In this document: piece by piece, positions 8,803 through 17,819 of the stretch
How positions within the stretch are numbered: position 1 is the stretch's first letter
Layout of the letters: every line of letters begins with the position of its first letter
IMG/VR virus record: IMGVR_UViG_3300044771_000011
Span: 1 to 43,925 of that record
From: a virus
Direction: 5' to 3' (one strand)
Length of the DNA: 43,925 nucleotides
Program-made: the position numbers and the translations under genes
The notes under the pieces: model-generated
Databases searched by the model: none
What the model saw: the letters and a program-made list of their open reading frames with translations, nothing else
What the model was told of the DNA's origin: nothing

Positions 8803-11800
8803 ATGACAAAATACATTGGGCCTGATGGTTATAGTTATTCTGTGGAAGAACTTAATAGTTATCCTCAAAAATCAACAGTACAACAAATAAAAGAAACGGT
8901 ATCATCTGTTGGACAATCAATTGTAGATTTTGGTGGAAGGAATATAACTCCTAATTACGATAAAGCCAATGATTTAGCTAATGCTTATGATGTATTCGGG
9001 AAAAGGTCTGCCGATAATGCAGCACTTACAGCGGAAGCTGGCAAAGTTTTAAATCTTGATCCTAATACTTTCATTGCTGCAAAGTCAGAAATACAACAGG
9101 CAGCGCAACAAACATTAATGTTAAAAAAGAATTCTCCAGAAGATTGGAATCAATTTGTTGTTGACTATCCTAAGACAACAGATTATCTTTCAAATAAGAA
9201 TAACTTATCAGTGTCCCATGATGATATACATAACCTTAGTTATCAAGAGCAGATGGTAAGTGTAATGGGAGATTCTTATAAACTTAATGCTTTATCGCAA
9301 GAACGTGCTGATATTGGTAATAGGTTGCTTGGTGGTGTTTATGGTTTAGATGGACTTACTACAGAAGACAAAACCAAACTAGATGATCTTAACAATCAAA
9401 TAAAAACCTTACAAGAAAAGTTACCTAAAAGTACATGGAGTGTTCCTGGTGTTTTAGCCGGTATTGCTGGAATGGGACCAAGCGCAGAGACTGGACTTAA
9501 ATATGGTTTGGCTGGTGGTGTTACAGGTGCTGGTATTGGTGCATTAGTGGGTGGTGCTGGCGCTATCCCCGGTGCATTAGCTGGTCTAGGTGCAGGATTT
9601 AGAGTTGGATTCGCTAAAGATTTTGCATCTACTTCAATGGGTAATTTATATCTTGACGAAATATCAAAGGGAATTAACCCAACGGATGCAGCAAAAGGTG
9701 CAGCGGTAACAGGATTCGGAACAGCACTTCTAGGTACTGTACAAGTTGGTAAGTTTTTAAAACTTCCAGAAGCAAGTGGTGTAGGATTAAAAAGTTTAGG
9801 CCTTAATGTATTAGAACAAAGTGCAATAGGTGCAGGATTGACAGCAACAGACATTACAGGAAGAAAAGTTGCAGAAGGAAATACGTTCGATTGGGGCAAA
9901 CAAGACATTGAAGAAATAGCAATGGGTGGAATTAATATGGCACCTCTAGCACTTGCAATGGCTTTGCCTGGTCATGGATATGTAGCTTTGAAGAATCTTG
10001 GAGATATGGTTGATAAGTCTAAAACAGCACAACGTTCACCAGATTTAGTAGCAGATAAAATTAATGCAGAAGTTGCAGGAACTCCACTGGAAAATGTATC
10101 AATACCAGGAGTAGAATTATTTAATTATTTGCAAGGATTGGCAGGGATAGATCCTAAAGAAGCGCAGGGTATTATTGATCGTCTTGGTGTTGATCCAGTA
10201 GAAATAAAAGAAGCAATACAAACAGGTGGAGACATTTCAGTAAAACTGGGAAACTTTGAAGTACTACCAAAAGAACATAGAGAAGCATTGTTGGAAGATG
10301 TAAAAATAGGAGATCAACCAAACAAAAGAAACGTAGAAGATGTTTATACTGAGAGGGATAATCCTGTTGAAACTCCAATGAATCAAGAGATAGGTCTTGT
10401 AGAAAATAAGTTTTATTCTGATGCAACGGCAGAATCTAAAGCGCATTCTGAAACGGTATTTTCAAATAGACTTAAAGAAGAAAATAGTCCTGCATTCAAA
10501 AGCAAATTAGATAAACATCTTGAAGAAACTAAAAAAGTTATAGAAGCACAATTTGAAAGTGATCCAATGTACCAGGCATCTGATGCTCTATCCTTTGACT
10601 TACAAATGTTTGGTGGAAAAGTAAAGAATGTAAAAGAAGTTGCCACTAAATATATTGAAGGTAAACTTTCAGAAAAACAAATGACTTGGGTTGATACTGT
10701 TGCCGAACAACATGGATTTTCTAGTGGTAATGAGTTAGTAAAAAAGATTAAAAGTAACAAAATTAAAGATGAAGAAATACGTACTCGTCTTGATTATGCT
10801 GGCGAACAATTCAAAAAAGAAGAACTAGGTGATCGGTCTAACGTTGAAGCAGAGGCACAAGTAAGTGAAGCCAAAATAAAAGAATCTGCAATGGAAGCTA
10901 CTGCGCTTAATGAACTTGCACAAGGAAGCCACAGAACAGCCACTAGAGCAAAGAAAGAATCAGACCTAATATCTAGGTTCAAAGATGCTGAAACTAGTCT
11001 CCTGGTCGAAATACAGAAGGCTAAAGGCGATGCAAAGGCAGAAGAATTAAGGCAACAATTAAAGGAATTACAAAAATCACATGCAGAAGAAATAAAACAA
11101 CTTAATAATGATGCAAAGTACACCGCCAAATGGTATGAAGCAGAAGCAAAAACCAAAGAAGTAGGAATAAAAGAACAACAAAAGCAAGATAATGCAATGG
11201 CTAAAGAGTGGTTAAAATCTGAAACGGCAAGTCAAAAAATAGCTAGACAGTCTCAAATAGGCGTTAAGGCTGCGCTTGAATATGCTAAAAATACTTTAAT
11301 GGATAAACCTATTAATGATGCAATTGCATACAGCAAGTACATGAAACAGGCTAGAGAAGCAGCGAGAAAGTCAGAAAAAGAATATCGTGCTGGTAAATAC
11401 GAACAGGCTTCTACATGGAAGAATACTGAAATGATCAACCATGCAATGGCGTTAGAAGCGATGAAGTTAAATAAAGATTTTACAAAACAAGACAAGTACC
11501 TTAAAACAGTCACATCTAAAAAGAAAGAACTTTTCAAAACTGACGAAAACTTTAATCAAGTTGGTTCTATGCTTGAGCGTTTCGGATTAGGACGAAAAGA
11601 CTATATTCCTAACAGTAAAACTGAAACTTTAATTGATTGGTCAAAGCGTATGAATGATATGTTAGGATCAGTAAATATCGTTCAATGGATCGGTGATGAA
11701 TCTTTTAGAAAGCCTTACAAAGAACTTACAATGGCAGAATTAAAAGACGTTACAGATGCACTAAAGAACATTCAAAAGGTAGCTAATCAGGAAAAGAAAT

Positions 11801-13965
11801 CCGTTGGTGTGGCAAAAGGTGAATCATTAGACGAATTACGACTTGGCATGATTGAAGAAATGAATAAACTTAAAACTGCTTATAAACCAAAATTTGAAGA
11901 AAGCGCACTGGATAGGTTTAAAAGTGGCATTTCTAATTATTTATATGATTTGCAAACAATGTCAACGGTTATCAGTAAATTGCAAGGATGGAAAACATTC
12001 GGTTCATTAGAAAAGTTTTGGATTAACTCGGTATATGAAAGAGCTAATCTTGAGAGTAATCGCATTATACAATTCAAAACAGAGATAGAAAAAATGTGGA
12101 ATGAACATTCTACTATAAAAGAACGAAAAAAAATGACTAACAATAAAGTATATTATGAAGAACTTGGCACTTCATCAACTAAAAGGAAACTTATTAGAAT
12201 GGCATATAATCTTGGAAATGAGGGAAATAGAAATAAACTGTTTGGAAGTAGACCCGTAGGTATTGAAAGTGCAAAGCCTTGGAATGAAAAAGTAGTTATG
12301 GATTTGCTTACTAATAATCTAACTAAAAAGGATTGGGATCATGTGCAGAAAACATGGGATTTAATCGAATCGTTATGGCCTGACTTGTCAAAGTTTCATG
12401 CCGAAAGGACAGGTTTTGAACCTAAAAAGGTTGATCCTTCACCGTTTGATATAACTATTCCAGGTGGAGAAGTTATTAATATGAAGGGGGGTTATTATCC
12501 ATTAAAACAAGATAACAGATCGTCATTGTTGGTTGCTGCGAGAGATGGAGTAGAATCTCCTTTGCGTTCAGAAAAAAATGTTATATTTTCAACAACTAAA
12601 AATGGATTCACGAAACAACGCAATAATGCTAGTTATCCTATTGATCTAAGGGAAGATCTCATTAATTCCCACATTATCGATGTTATCCATGATTTACATT
12701 TTAGGGATATTGTTTCTGACTTTCAAAGAGTGTTAAATAATCCTGAATTTCAAGGAACTGTACAAGCCAAACTAGGACCAGAAGGTCTAAAACAATTTAA
12801 GTCATATATAGACAATATTGCTAATGGTGAATCTTACAGAGATGTTGGGTTGAAAGGTGTTGAAGGTTGGGTTGATTATGCTCGCAGGGCAGGTACAAAG
12901 GCAGCAATTACTTTTAGAGTTGGAGTAATTACACAGAATGCTGCAAACTTCATGTTATATCCTGGTGCTATTGAAGGTTTTGGAGTACGAGAAACAAGTA
13001 TGGCAATTCTAAAACATGGATTGCTTAATTATCTTCCTAAATCCGCTTTTAATTGGAAAGCAGCCAAACAAGTAAGAGAAGAAATATATGCTTTATCTCC
13101 TTACATGAGGGATAGAAGACAGACCCCTGATTATTCCTTACATGATATTCAAAGTGAAATGTTTGGAGAGAAAAATGCAGTATCCGAATTTGGTGTTGGT
13201 TTGTTATCTGCTTCTGATGATCTTACAGCAATTCCAATGTGGAAACAAGCATATGAAAAAAAGATGGGTGAAACTGGTGATTATAAACAATCTGCTTATT
13301 ATGCTGATTCACTAATCAAGGCGGTGAATGGTTCAGGCAGAAAATATGACGTTGCTCCTATCATGCGTACTAAAAGTGTACTAAATAAAGTATTTTCATC
13401 TTTCTATGGTTTTATGAACGTTGAATTTAATAGATGGGTTAAAGAATCTGGCATGGCAACGCAATATGGTATGTCTATTAAAGGAATTGAAAACTCTCCT
13501 AGATTTGTGGGGTTTGTTGCTAGTAGAATGATAGGTTTTGTTATTGCATCTGATTTCTTAGCAGGTAAAGGACCTAAAGAAGAAGATGATCCAGTTTCAT
13601 ATTATGCTAGTAAAATGATTAGTTATCCATTGCAATTATTGCCAGTAGTTAGAGATGCCGCGCCATTGATTATTGACAATGCTTTAGGGTTACATTCATA
13701 TGGATACCGTCCACCAGTGGCTTTTTCGGTGTATGATGCTCTAGAAAAACTAGGAACAAAAACACAATCATATGTAAAAGGAACAGGAAAAACTACTGGT
13801 CAAGATGTAGTAGAAGCTACAGCAAAAATAGCGTCATATGGCACTGGATATCCTGATCAGATGAACGCATGGTTCTTTAATGCCTATGATTATTTTGTTA
13901 ATGGTATGGATCCTGAGTTAACAGATATGATGAAGCGCAGACCAAAGAAAAAGAGAGACGAATAA
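8803..13965 (+). CDS. Giant internal virion / DNA-ejection protein (T7 gp16 position)
   Basis: 1720 aa. Glycine-zipper block GVLAGIAGMG...GAGIGALVGGAGAIPGALAGLGAGF (about 9440-9630). Long K/E-rich coiled-coil centre. Basic C-terminus KRRPKKKRDE. Confidence 0.55.
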   Translation: MTKYIGPDGYSYSVEELNSYPQKSTVQQIKETVSSVGQSIVDFGGRNITPNYDKANDLANAYDVFGKRSADNAALTAEAGKVLNLDPNTFIAAKSEIQQAAQQTLMLKKNSPEDWNQFVVDYPKTTDYLSNKNNLSVSHDDIHNLSYQEQMVSVMGDSYKLNALSQERADIGNRLLGGVYGLDGLTTEDKTKLDDLNNQIKTLQEKLPKSTWSVPGVLAGIAGMGPSAETGLKYGLAGGVTGAGIGALVGGAGAIPGALAGLGAGFRVGFAKDFASTSMGNLYLDEISKGINPTDAAKGAAVTGFGTALLGTVQVGKFLKLPEASGVGLKSLGLNVLEQSAIGAGLTATDITGRKVAEGNTFDWGKQDIEEIAMGGINMAPLALAMALPGHGYVALKNLGDMVDKSKTAQRSPDLVADKINAEVAGTPLENVSIPGVELFNYLQGLAGIDPKEAQGIIDRLGVDPVEIKEAIQTGGDISVKLGNFEVLPKEHREALLEDVKIGDQPNKRNVEDVYTERDNPVETPMNQEIGLVENKFYSDATAESKAHSETVFSNRLKEENSPAFKSKLDKHLEETKKVIEAQFESDPMYQASDALSFDLQMFGGKVKNVKEVATKYIEGKLSEKQMTWVDTVAEQHGFSSGNELVKKIKSNKIKDEEIRTRLDYAGEQFKKEELGDRSNVEAEAQVSEAKIKESAMEATALNELAQGSHRTATRAKKESDLISRFKDAETSLLVEIQKAKGDAKAEELRQQLKELQKSHAEEIKQLNNDAKYTAKWYEAEAKTKEVGIKEQQKQDNAMAKEWLKSETASQKIARQSQIGVKAALEYAKNTLMDKPINDAIAYSKYMKQAREAARKSEKEYRAGKYEQASTWKNTEMINHAMALEAMKLNKDFTKQDKYLKTVTSKKKELFKTDENFNQVGSMLERFGLGRKDYIPNSKTETLIDWSKRMNDMLGSVNIVQWIGDESFRKPYKELTMAELKDVTDALKNIQKVANQEKKSVGVAKGESLDELRLGMIEEMNKLKTAYKPKFEESALDRFKSGISNYLYDLQTMSTVISKLQGWKTFGSLEKFWINSVYERANLESNRIIQFKTEIEKMWNEHSTIKERKKMTNNKVYYEELGTSSTKRKLIRMAYNLGNEGNRNKLFGSRPVGIESAKPWNEKVVMDLLTNNLTKKDWDHVQKTWDLIESLWPDLSKFHAERTGFEPKKVDPSPFDITIPGGEVINMKGGYYPLKQDNRSSLLVAARDGVESPLRSEKNVIFSTTKNGFTKQRNNASYPIDLREDLINSHIIDVIHDLHFRDIVSDFQRVLNNPEFQGTVQAKLGPEGLKQFKSYIDNIANGESYRDVGLKGVEGWVDYARRAGTKAAITFRVGVITQNAANFMLYPGAIEGFGVRETSMAILKHGLLNYLPKSAFNWKAAKQVREEIYALSPYMRDRRQTPDYSLHDIQSEMFGEKNAVSEFGVGLLSASDDLTAIPMWKQAYEKKMGETGDYKQSAYYADSLIKAVNGSGRKYDVAPIMRTKSVLNKVFSSFYGFMNVEFNRWVKESGMATQYGMSIKGIENSPRFVGFVASRMIGFVIASDFLAGKGPKEEDDPVSYYASKMISYPLQLLPVVRDAAPLIIDNALGLHSYGYRPPVAFSVYDALEKLGTKTQSYVKGTGKTTGQDVVEATAKIASYGTGYPDQMNAWFFNAYDYFVNGMDPELTDMMKRRPKKKRDE

Positions 13966-13980
13966 TTATCGCCTCTCTTT
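13950..13980. terminator. Bidirectional hairpin spanning the abutting stop codons of two convergent genes
   Basis: AAAGAGAGACG, 9-nt loop, CGCCTCTCTTT (one mismatch). T-rich flank on the - strand and CTTATT on the + strand. Confidence 0.5.
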
Positions 13981-14238
13981 CTTATTAAAGTATGTATATT
14001 TAGTATCTCTATAAACGTATCTAAACCTATTTAATATTGACACTTCTAATTTACTACTACTAGGAGTACCGCCCCAGCCTAAGCATCCTCCATCCCAACC
14101 ATATTTTATTCCATAATCGTCAAGTTTATAATGTTCATCATGATAAATATTCATCCTAAATATACCTATAAAACCTACCAATATAAAGAAAACAGCAAAG
14201 AATAAAATTCTAAATAAAATATCAAGTAAAAATTCCAT
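13966..14238 (-). CDS. Small membrane protein on the opposite strand with its own promoter (moron-like)
   Basis: 90 aa. N-terminal TM segment LFRILFFAVFFILVGFIGIF followed by a GWDGGCLGWGG motif. GGAAGGTGA SD. It is the only - strand gene inside the virion operon. Confidence 0.6.
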   Translation of the reverse strand: MEFLLDILFRILFFAVFFILVGFIGIFRMNIYHDEHYKLDDYGIKYGWDGGCLGWGGTPSSSKLEVSILNRFRYVYRDTKYTYFNKKERR

Positions 14239-14263
14239 CTATATCACCTTCCGTTTTTCTTCC

Positions 14264-14292
14264 ATAATATCACTAATTAAACAGTGTATCAA
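14264..14292 (-). promoter_or_regulatory. Sigma-70/A-type promoter for the - strand membrane protein gene
   Basis: On the - strand: TTGATA, 17 nt, TATTAT, about 25 nt upstream of the ATG. Confidence 0.55.
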
Positions 14293-14339
14293 GAGATTGC
14301 AGAAATGCAGTCTCTATTTTAATTATAAGGAGGTAACAC

Positions 14340-15167
14340 ATGACAATATCGTCAAACCTAAATAAGAAAATATATATAGGAAATGGGTTAACTAAGATTT
14401 TTGACTATGATTTCGATGTCCTTGACGAAAATGATTTAGAAATTTATCTAGCAAATAGTAATACCGGAATAGTAACACAATTAACAACCAATTATAGTGT
14501 TTCTCCAACGGAAGGTAGTTTCCCATCAAGTTCAGGAACAGTAACATACCCATTGATTGGTGTTGCAATATCTAATACTTATATTTTTATAATCCTTAGA
14601 AGTATGGATATTGCACAACCTACAGTATACCCAAATAATACTTCTTTGAAACCAAAAGTAGTCGAAAAATCATTTGATCGAATTACAATGATTTCGCAAC
14701 AAATACAAGAACAGATAAATAGATGTGTTAAAACTAGCATAGCCGGATCCTCTGACATTGATTTAGATTTATTAGGACAATACGCAGATCAAGCAATTTT
14801 ATCGGCAAGTAAAGCATTAATATCAGAAATAAATGCCGAAGAATCAGAAGAACAATCTGCTTTATCGGCAGCATCAGCCGCAACATCAGCCGCTAATGCT
14901 TTTGCTTCAACTGCACCAGCTTGGTCAATAGGAACAACTTACAATTATCCAACAGTTGTTGCTTATACTGATGGCGATTCTTATAGATGTATTGGTACAA
15001 ATATCGTTGGAGAATATCCCGATGCTAGTATTAATTGGGTAAGGATTACAATAAATATGAGTGATTTCTTCGATATTGATGTAGATGGCGGTTTGATGCC
15101 TGCATTATCACCAACATATAGTTCATCTTTTGAATTAGATACAGATGGCGGAATAATGCCAAAATAA
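14340..15167 (+). CDS. Tail fibre protein (virion-attachment N-terminus, carbohydrate-binding-like C-terminal part)
   Basis: N-terminus KIYIGNGLTKIFDYDFDV is typical of podoviral fibre N-termini. The stretch WSIGTTYNYPTVVAYTDGDSYRCIGTNIVGEYPDASINW resembles a CBM5/12 motif. Confidence 0.55.
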   Translation: MTISSNLNKKIYIGNGLTKIFDYDFDVLDENDLEIYLANSNTGIVTQLTTNYSVSPTEGSFPSSSGTVTYPLIGVAISNTYIFIILRSMDIAQPTVYPNNTSLKPKVVEKSFDRITMISQQIQEQINRCVKTSIAGSSDIDLDLLGQYADQAILSASKALISEINAEESEEQSALSAASAATSAANAFASTAPAWSIGTTYNYPTVVAYTDGDSYRCIGTNIVGEYPDASINWVRITINMSDFFDIDVDGGLMPALSPTYSSSFELDTDGGIMPK

Positions 15168-15179
15168 AAGGAGGTAATT

Positions 15180-16331
15180 ATGACAACAAGATCAATTCAC
15201 CCAAGAACAGATGGAGAAGGAAGTATAGGAACTTCTGATAAAAAATTTGGTAACGGTTATTTTGATAATATTAATATTGAAACTATAGGTATTACAGGAA
15301 CATTAAATGAACACTTAGGCGCAAACGTAGCATCTGCAAGCACTATAAACCTTACAACCGCCACAGGAAATTTTCTGCACATTACAGGGACAACCGCTAT
15401 AACAGCCGTAACATTGGGTGCTGGTATGAGGCGAGAATTAATTTTTGATGGAATATTAACATTAACCCATCATGCAACTAATAATAACCTACCCGGTGTT
15501 GCCAATATCACTACGGCGGTAGGAGATAGGGCTAGTTATTATTCAGACGGTACAACGGTTTATTGTACTAAGTACGTGAAGGCAGATGGAACGCCAATTG
15601 CTTTACAGATTAGTAGCGGGGGAGAGATACTACAGTTAAAAATATTTAATAATGTTACTACACCAAACACCAAAATGGACATAACCGCAAATAATGTACC
15701 TTTATATGATACTAGTTATAATCAAAAGAAGTCTGGCGTAATTAGTTTAACCGCTGATTTAGGTGCAAGTGGCGCGAATGGACTTGATACTGGTAGTAAA
15801 GCAAATAGTACAGCTTACTTCCTATACGTAATCGGCAAAACCGATGGTACTATGGCAAGTTTATGGTCTCTATCAGCAACCGCCCCAACCATGCCAACAG
15901 ATTATATTTATAAAAGGCGTGTAAGTTGGAATAAGACAGACAGTAGCGGGAATTTAAATAGGATATTTCAGTATGGGCGCAAAGTTCAGTATGTTAATAT
16001 CGGTAGTGGATTACCACTAATATGTTCTGGATCTACGAGTAATGTAATTACGGCAACATCTATATCTAATTTTATACCTACCGCTACAGCAAGTAATATT
16101 GATTTACTGATAAGTGCTGCGCAACTTAATAATTATACTACGGTATCACCTAACAGTAGTTATGGTTCGTATGTTTCATATACAAACCCTCCTGCATTCA
16201 GTGTATGGAACACGAGTAGTGGACAAGCAGCATTAAAACTAAATTTCGTTATAGAATCTACTAATATTTACTATTCAGCAAATAGTGCAAACAGTTATGT
16301 TTTTTGTATGGGATGGGAGGAGAATTTATAG
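15180..16331 (+). CDS. Tail fibre / receptor-binding protein candidate
   Basis: 383 aa, S/T/N/G-rich and beta-rich. N-terminus HPRTDGEGSIGTSDKKFGNGYF is typical of fibre/spike proteins. Follows the first fibre gene. Confidence 0.5.
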   Translation: MTTRSIHPRTDGEGSIGTSDKKFGNGYFDNINIETIGITGTLNEHLGANVASASTINLTTATGNFLHITGTTAITAVTLGAGMRRELIFDGILTLTHHATNNNLPGVANITTAVGDRASYYSDGTTVYCTKYVKADGTPIALQISSGGEILQLKIFNNVTTPNTKMDITANNVPLYDTSYNQKKSGVISLTADLGASGANGLDTGSKANSTAYFLYVIGKTDGTMASLWSLSATAPTMPTDYIYKRRVSWNKTDSSGNLNRIFQYGRKVQYVNIGSGLPLICSGSTSNVITATSISNFIPTATASNIDLLISAAQLNNYTTVSPNSSYGSYVSYTNPPAFSVWNTSSGQAALKLNFVIESTNIYYSANSANSYVFCMGWEENL

Positions 16332-16673
16332 ATGTTTTGTTATTCAAATAATGGATATTCGATGAGAGCCGTAGATAATGATTATATTGCACAAACTGGA
16401 GAAGTATTATTTGCTGATTATGCTACTACTGAGCAAAAAAATACTGCCTTCCCTCTTTATAATAGTGGTATCCCAATTTTAACGAAAATGCAAAAAATAA
16501 CAGCATTGAATGCCGAATACAAAATTCTATTTGAAGCAGAAGCATTGAAAGAACCTTTATCATATCTTGCAGATGGTACAACAATAGAATCTAAAAGATT
16601 ATCATTACAGACAAATTATTTAACCTTACTTACTGAAAAAAATACAAAAAGGAGCGTGATTTTAAATGCCTAG
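16332..16673 (+). CDS. Hypothetical protein (possible fibre-associated or assembly protein)
   Basis: 113-aa ORF abutting the fibre stop codon, with GGAGGAG upstream. No motif recognised. Confidence 0.45.
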   Translation: MFCYSNNGYSMRAVDNDYIAQTGEVLFADYATTEQKNTAFPLYNSGIPILTKMQKITALNAEYKILFEAEALKEPLSYLADGTTIESKRLSLQTNYLTLLTEKNTKRSVILNA

Positions 16674-16824
16674 TGCTTATAGGTGCCCTGATTGCCAATA
16701 TTATCCCATGACTTGGGATTCAGATGGAAGTATTTCAGGATTGGGAGAACCTTGTTGGGTTTGCCTCGAAACGCAATGCGGGAATATAATCCCAGTTGAT
16801 GAAAATTATCAACCACCAACATAG
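16666..16824 (+). CDS. Small Cys-rich (CxxC...CxxC...C) zinc-ribbon-like protein
   Basis: 52-aa ORF MPSAYRCPDCQYYP...CWVCLETQCG. It is below the track cutoff and overlaps the previous stop codon by 8 nt. Confidence 0.35.
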   Translation: MPSAYRCPDCQYYPMTWDSDGSISGLGEPCWVCLETQCGNIIPVDENYQPPT

Positions 16825-16844
16825 TATTTATTTTACAAAAATCA

Positions 16845-16856
16845 TGATATTATAAT
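16845..16856 (+). promoter_or_regulatory. Candidate extended -10 promoter upstream of the lysis cassette
   Basis: TGATATTATAAT contains both TGnTATTAT and TATAAT. No good -35 element. Confidence 0.3.
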
Positions 16857-16950
16857 AAAGCACATAGATAGTTAAAGTTAGCTACTTTAATAAAAAGAAG
16901 GTTTCCAGCTTCTTCTATGTGCATTATACTGGAAATATTATTGATGGAAT

Positions 16951-16986
16951 AGGCATAACACCTGCAAAGGTGTATTTTTTATGCCT
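16951..16986 (+). terminator. Intrinsic terminator immediately before the lysis-cassette RBS
   Basis: Inner stem CACCT-GCAA-AGGTG, outer stem AGGCATAA/TTATGCCT, and a TATTTTTT run. AAAAGGAGG follows. Confidence 0.55.
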
Positions 16987-17000
16987 AAAAGGAGGTACCC

Positions 17001-17243
17001 ATGGAACATGTTTCAGAACTAATTAATCTATCATCAGAGATGATTAGTAAGACAGACAAAATCAATCAAAGACTCGTCAATGCCGTGATAGTATTATCCA
17101 TATCTTTTTCGTTATGTTTTACTATTACGGTAGTTGGTATTAGTTATTTTTATTTTACAACTGATTACGGCTTTGGAAGTGTGATCCAAAACCAAACAAA
17201 TACAGAAAATAGTAATCAAAATATTAATAAAGGAGATAAATAA
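17001..17243 (+). CDS. Small single-pass membrane protein (first gene of the lysis cassette)
   Basis: 80 aa. TM segment AVIVLSISFSLCFTITVVGISYFYF. AAAGGAGG SD. Confidence 0.5.
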   Translation: MEHVSELINLSSEMISKTDKINQRLVNAVIVLSISFSLCFTITVVGISYFYFTTDYGFGSVIQNQTNTENSNQNINKGDK

Positions 17244-17245
17244 CA

Positions 17246-17302
17246 ATGGCAAAACCAATTAAACCAGTAAAACCAACTAAACCAGGCAAAGGTGGCAATT
17301 AA
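17246..17302 (+). CDS. Micro-ORF encoding an 18-aa Lys/Pro-rich peptide (MAKPIKPVKPTKPGKGGN)
   Basis: AAAGGAGA lies 9 nt upstream. The ORF is built from four tandem 9-bp AAACCANNN units. Coding status is uncertain. Confidence 0.25.
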   Translation: MAKPIKPVKPTKPGKGGN

Positions 17303-17303
17303 T

Positions 17304-17588
17304 ATGGAAACATATCAATTACACACTGAAATAATAAAAAGAGTAGAAAAATGTGAAACAGACATTCGAGAATTGCAAAATAAAGATAATAAACTAACAA
17401 TACAGCAAGCTCAAGTAGATATAAAGTTAGATTACATTAAATCAGCTATAGAAAAATTAGGTGTAGAAGTTAGTAAAATAGCTGAACAACCAGCGAAACG
17501 GTGGGATACATTAATTAATGCAGCAATAGCCGGGGCAATATCATTAATTTTGTCTGGCAGTATCACTTTTGCATTGACTAAGCATTAG
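17304..17588 (+). CDS. XhlA-like lysis-associated protein (N-terminal coiled coil, C-terminal TM)
   Basis: 94 aa. Heptad-rich N-terminal half, then KRWDTLINAAIAGAISLILSGSITFAL. This architecture matches PBSX XhlA-family proteins. The ATG at 17304 follows AAAGGTGG. Confidence 0.5.
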   Translation: METYQLHTEIIKRVEKCETDIRELQNKDNKLTIQQAQVDIKLDYIKSAIEKLGVEVSKIAEQPAKRWDTLINAAIAGAISLILSGSITFALTKH

Positions 17589-17597
17589 GAGAAAAAT

Positions 17598-17819
17598 ATG
17601 ATTGAAAAAATAAAACAATTCATTTTACAGGACGTCCATATAACGGACGTCCTTTTTAGTTGCATATGGTTATTTGGCTGGTTTAATAATGCGGATCAAG
17701 CAGTAAAGTACGACCTTAATTCTCTGACCGTTTTTTATGGTGCGATACGGGTTTATATATTGGCTGGAAGGGTTAATGAGTCAGTAAATAACTCTAATAA
17801 AGGAGAGAAACCACAATGA
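17598..17819 (+). CDS. Holin candidate (two hydrophobic segments, charged C-terminus)
   Basis: 73 aa. Segments ITDVLFSCIWLFGWF and LTVFYGAIRVYILAG, with a polar/charged tail. Immediately upstream of and overlapping the endolysin gene. Confidence 0.45.
   Translation: MIEKIKQFILQDVHITDVLFSCIWLFGWFNNADQAVKYDLNSLTVFYGAIRVYILAGRVNESVNNSNKGEKPQ

Noticed and set aside
9396-9908. 170-aa antisense ORF (G/P/A-rich) inside the giant ejection protein gene
   Set aside because: It mirrors the GGT/GCT-rich glycine-zipper coding block on the + strand. It has no SD, its product is low complexity, and the sense ORF is continuous for 1720 codons.
10172-11537. Several 60-120-aa antisense ORFs within 8803-13965. 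Similar cases lie at 20839-21198, 22885-23362, 26669-26926 and 34357-34710.
   Set aside because: All lie opposite well-supported + strand genes rich in GAA/AAA codons, which read as stop-free TTC/TTT on the other strand. None has a ribosome-binding site, and their products look like S/F/L/C-rich junk.
14340-16331. Possibility of a diversity-generating retroelement, since the virion module resembles BPP-1
   Set aside because: No reverse transcriptase ORF exists anywhere in the window, and I found no template/variable repeat pair near the fibre gene 3-prime ends.
16959-16972. 13-mer ACCTGCAAAGGTG shared between the lysis-cassette terminator and 37981-37993
   Set aside because: A rough estimate (N squared over 2, divided by 4 to the 13th) predicts several chance 13-mer repeats in a 44-kb sequence. 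The second copy lacks a T-run or any common context.
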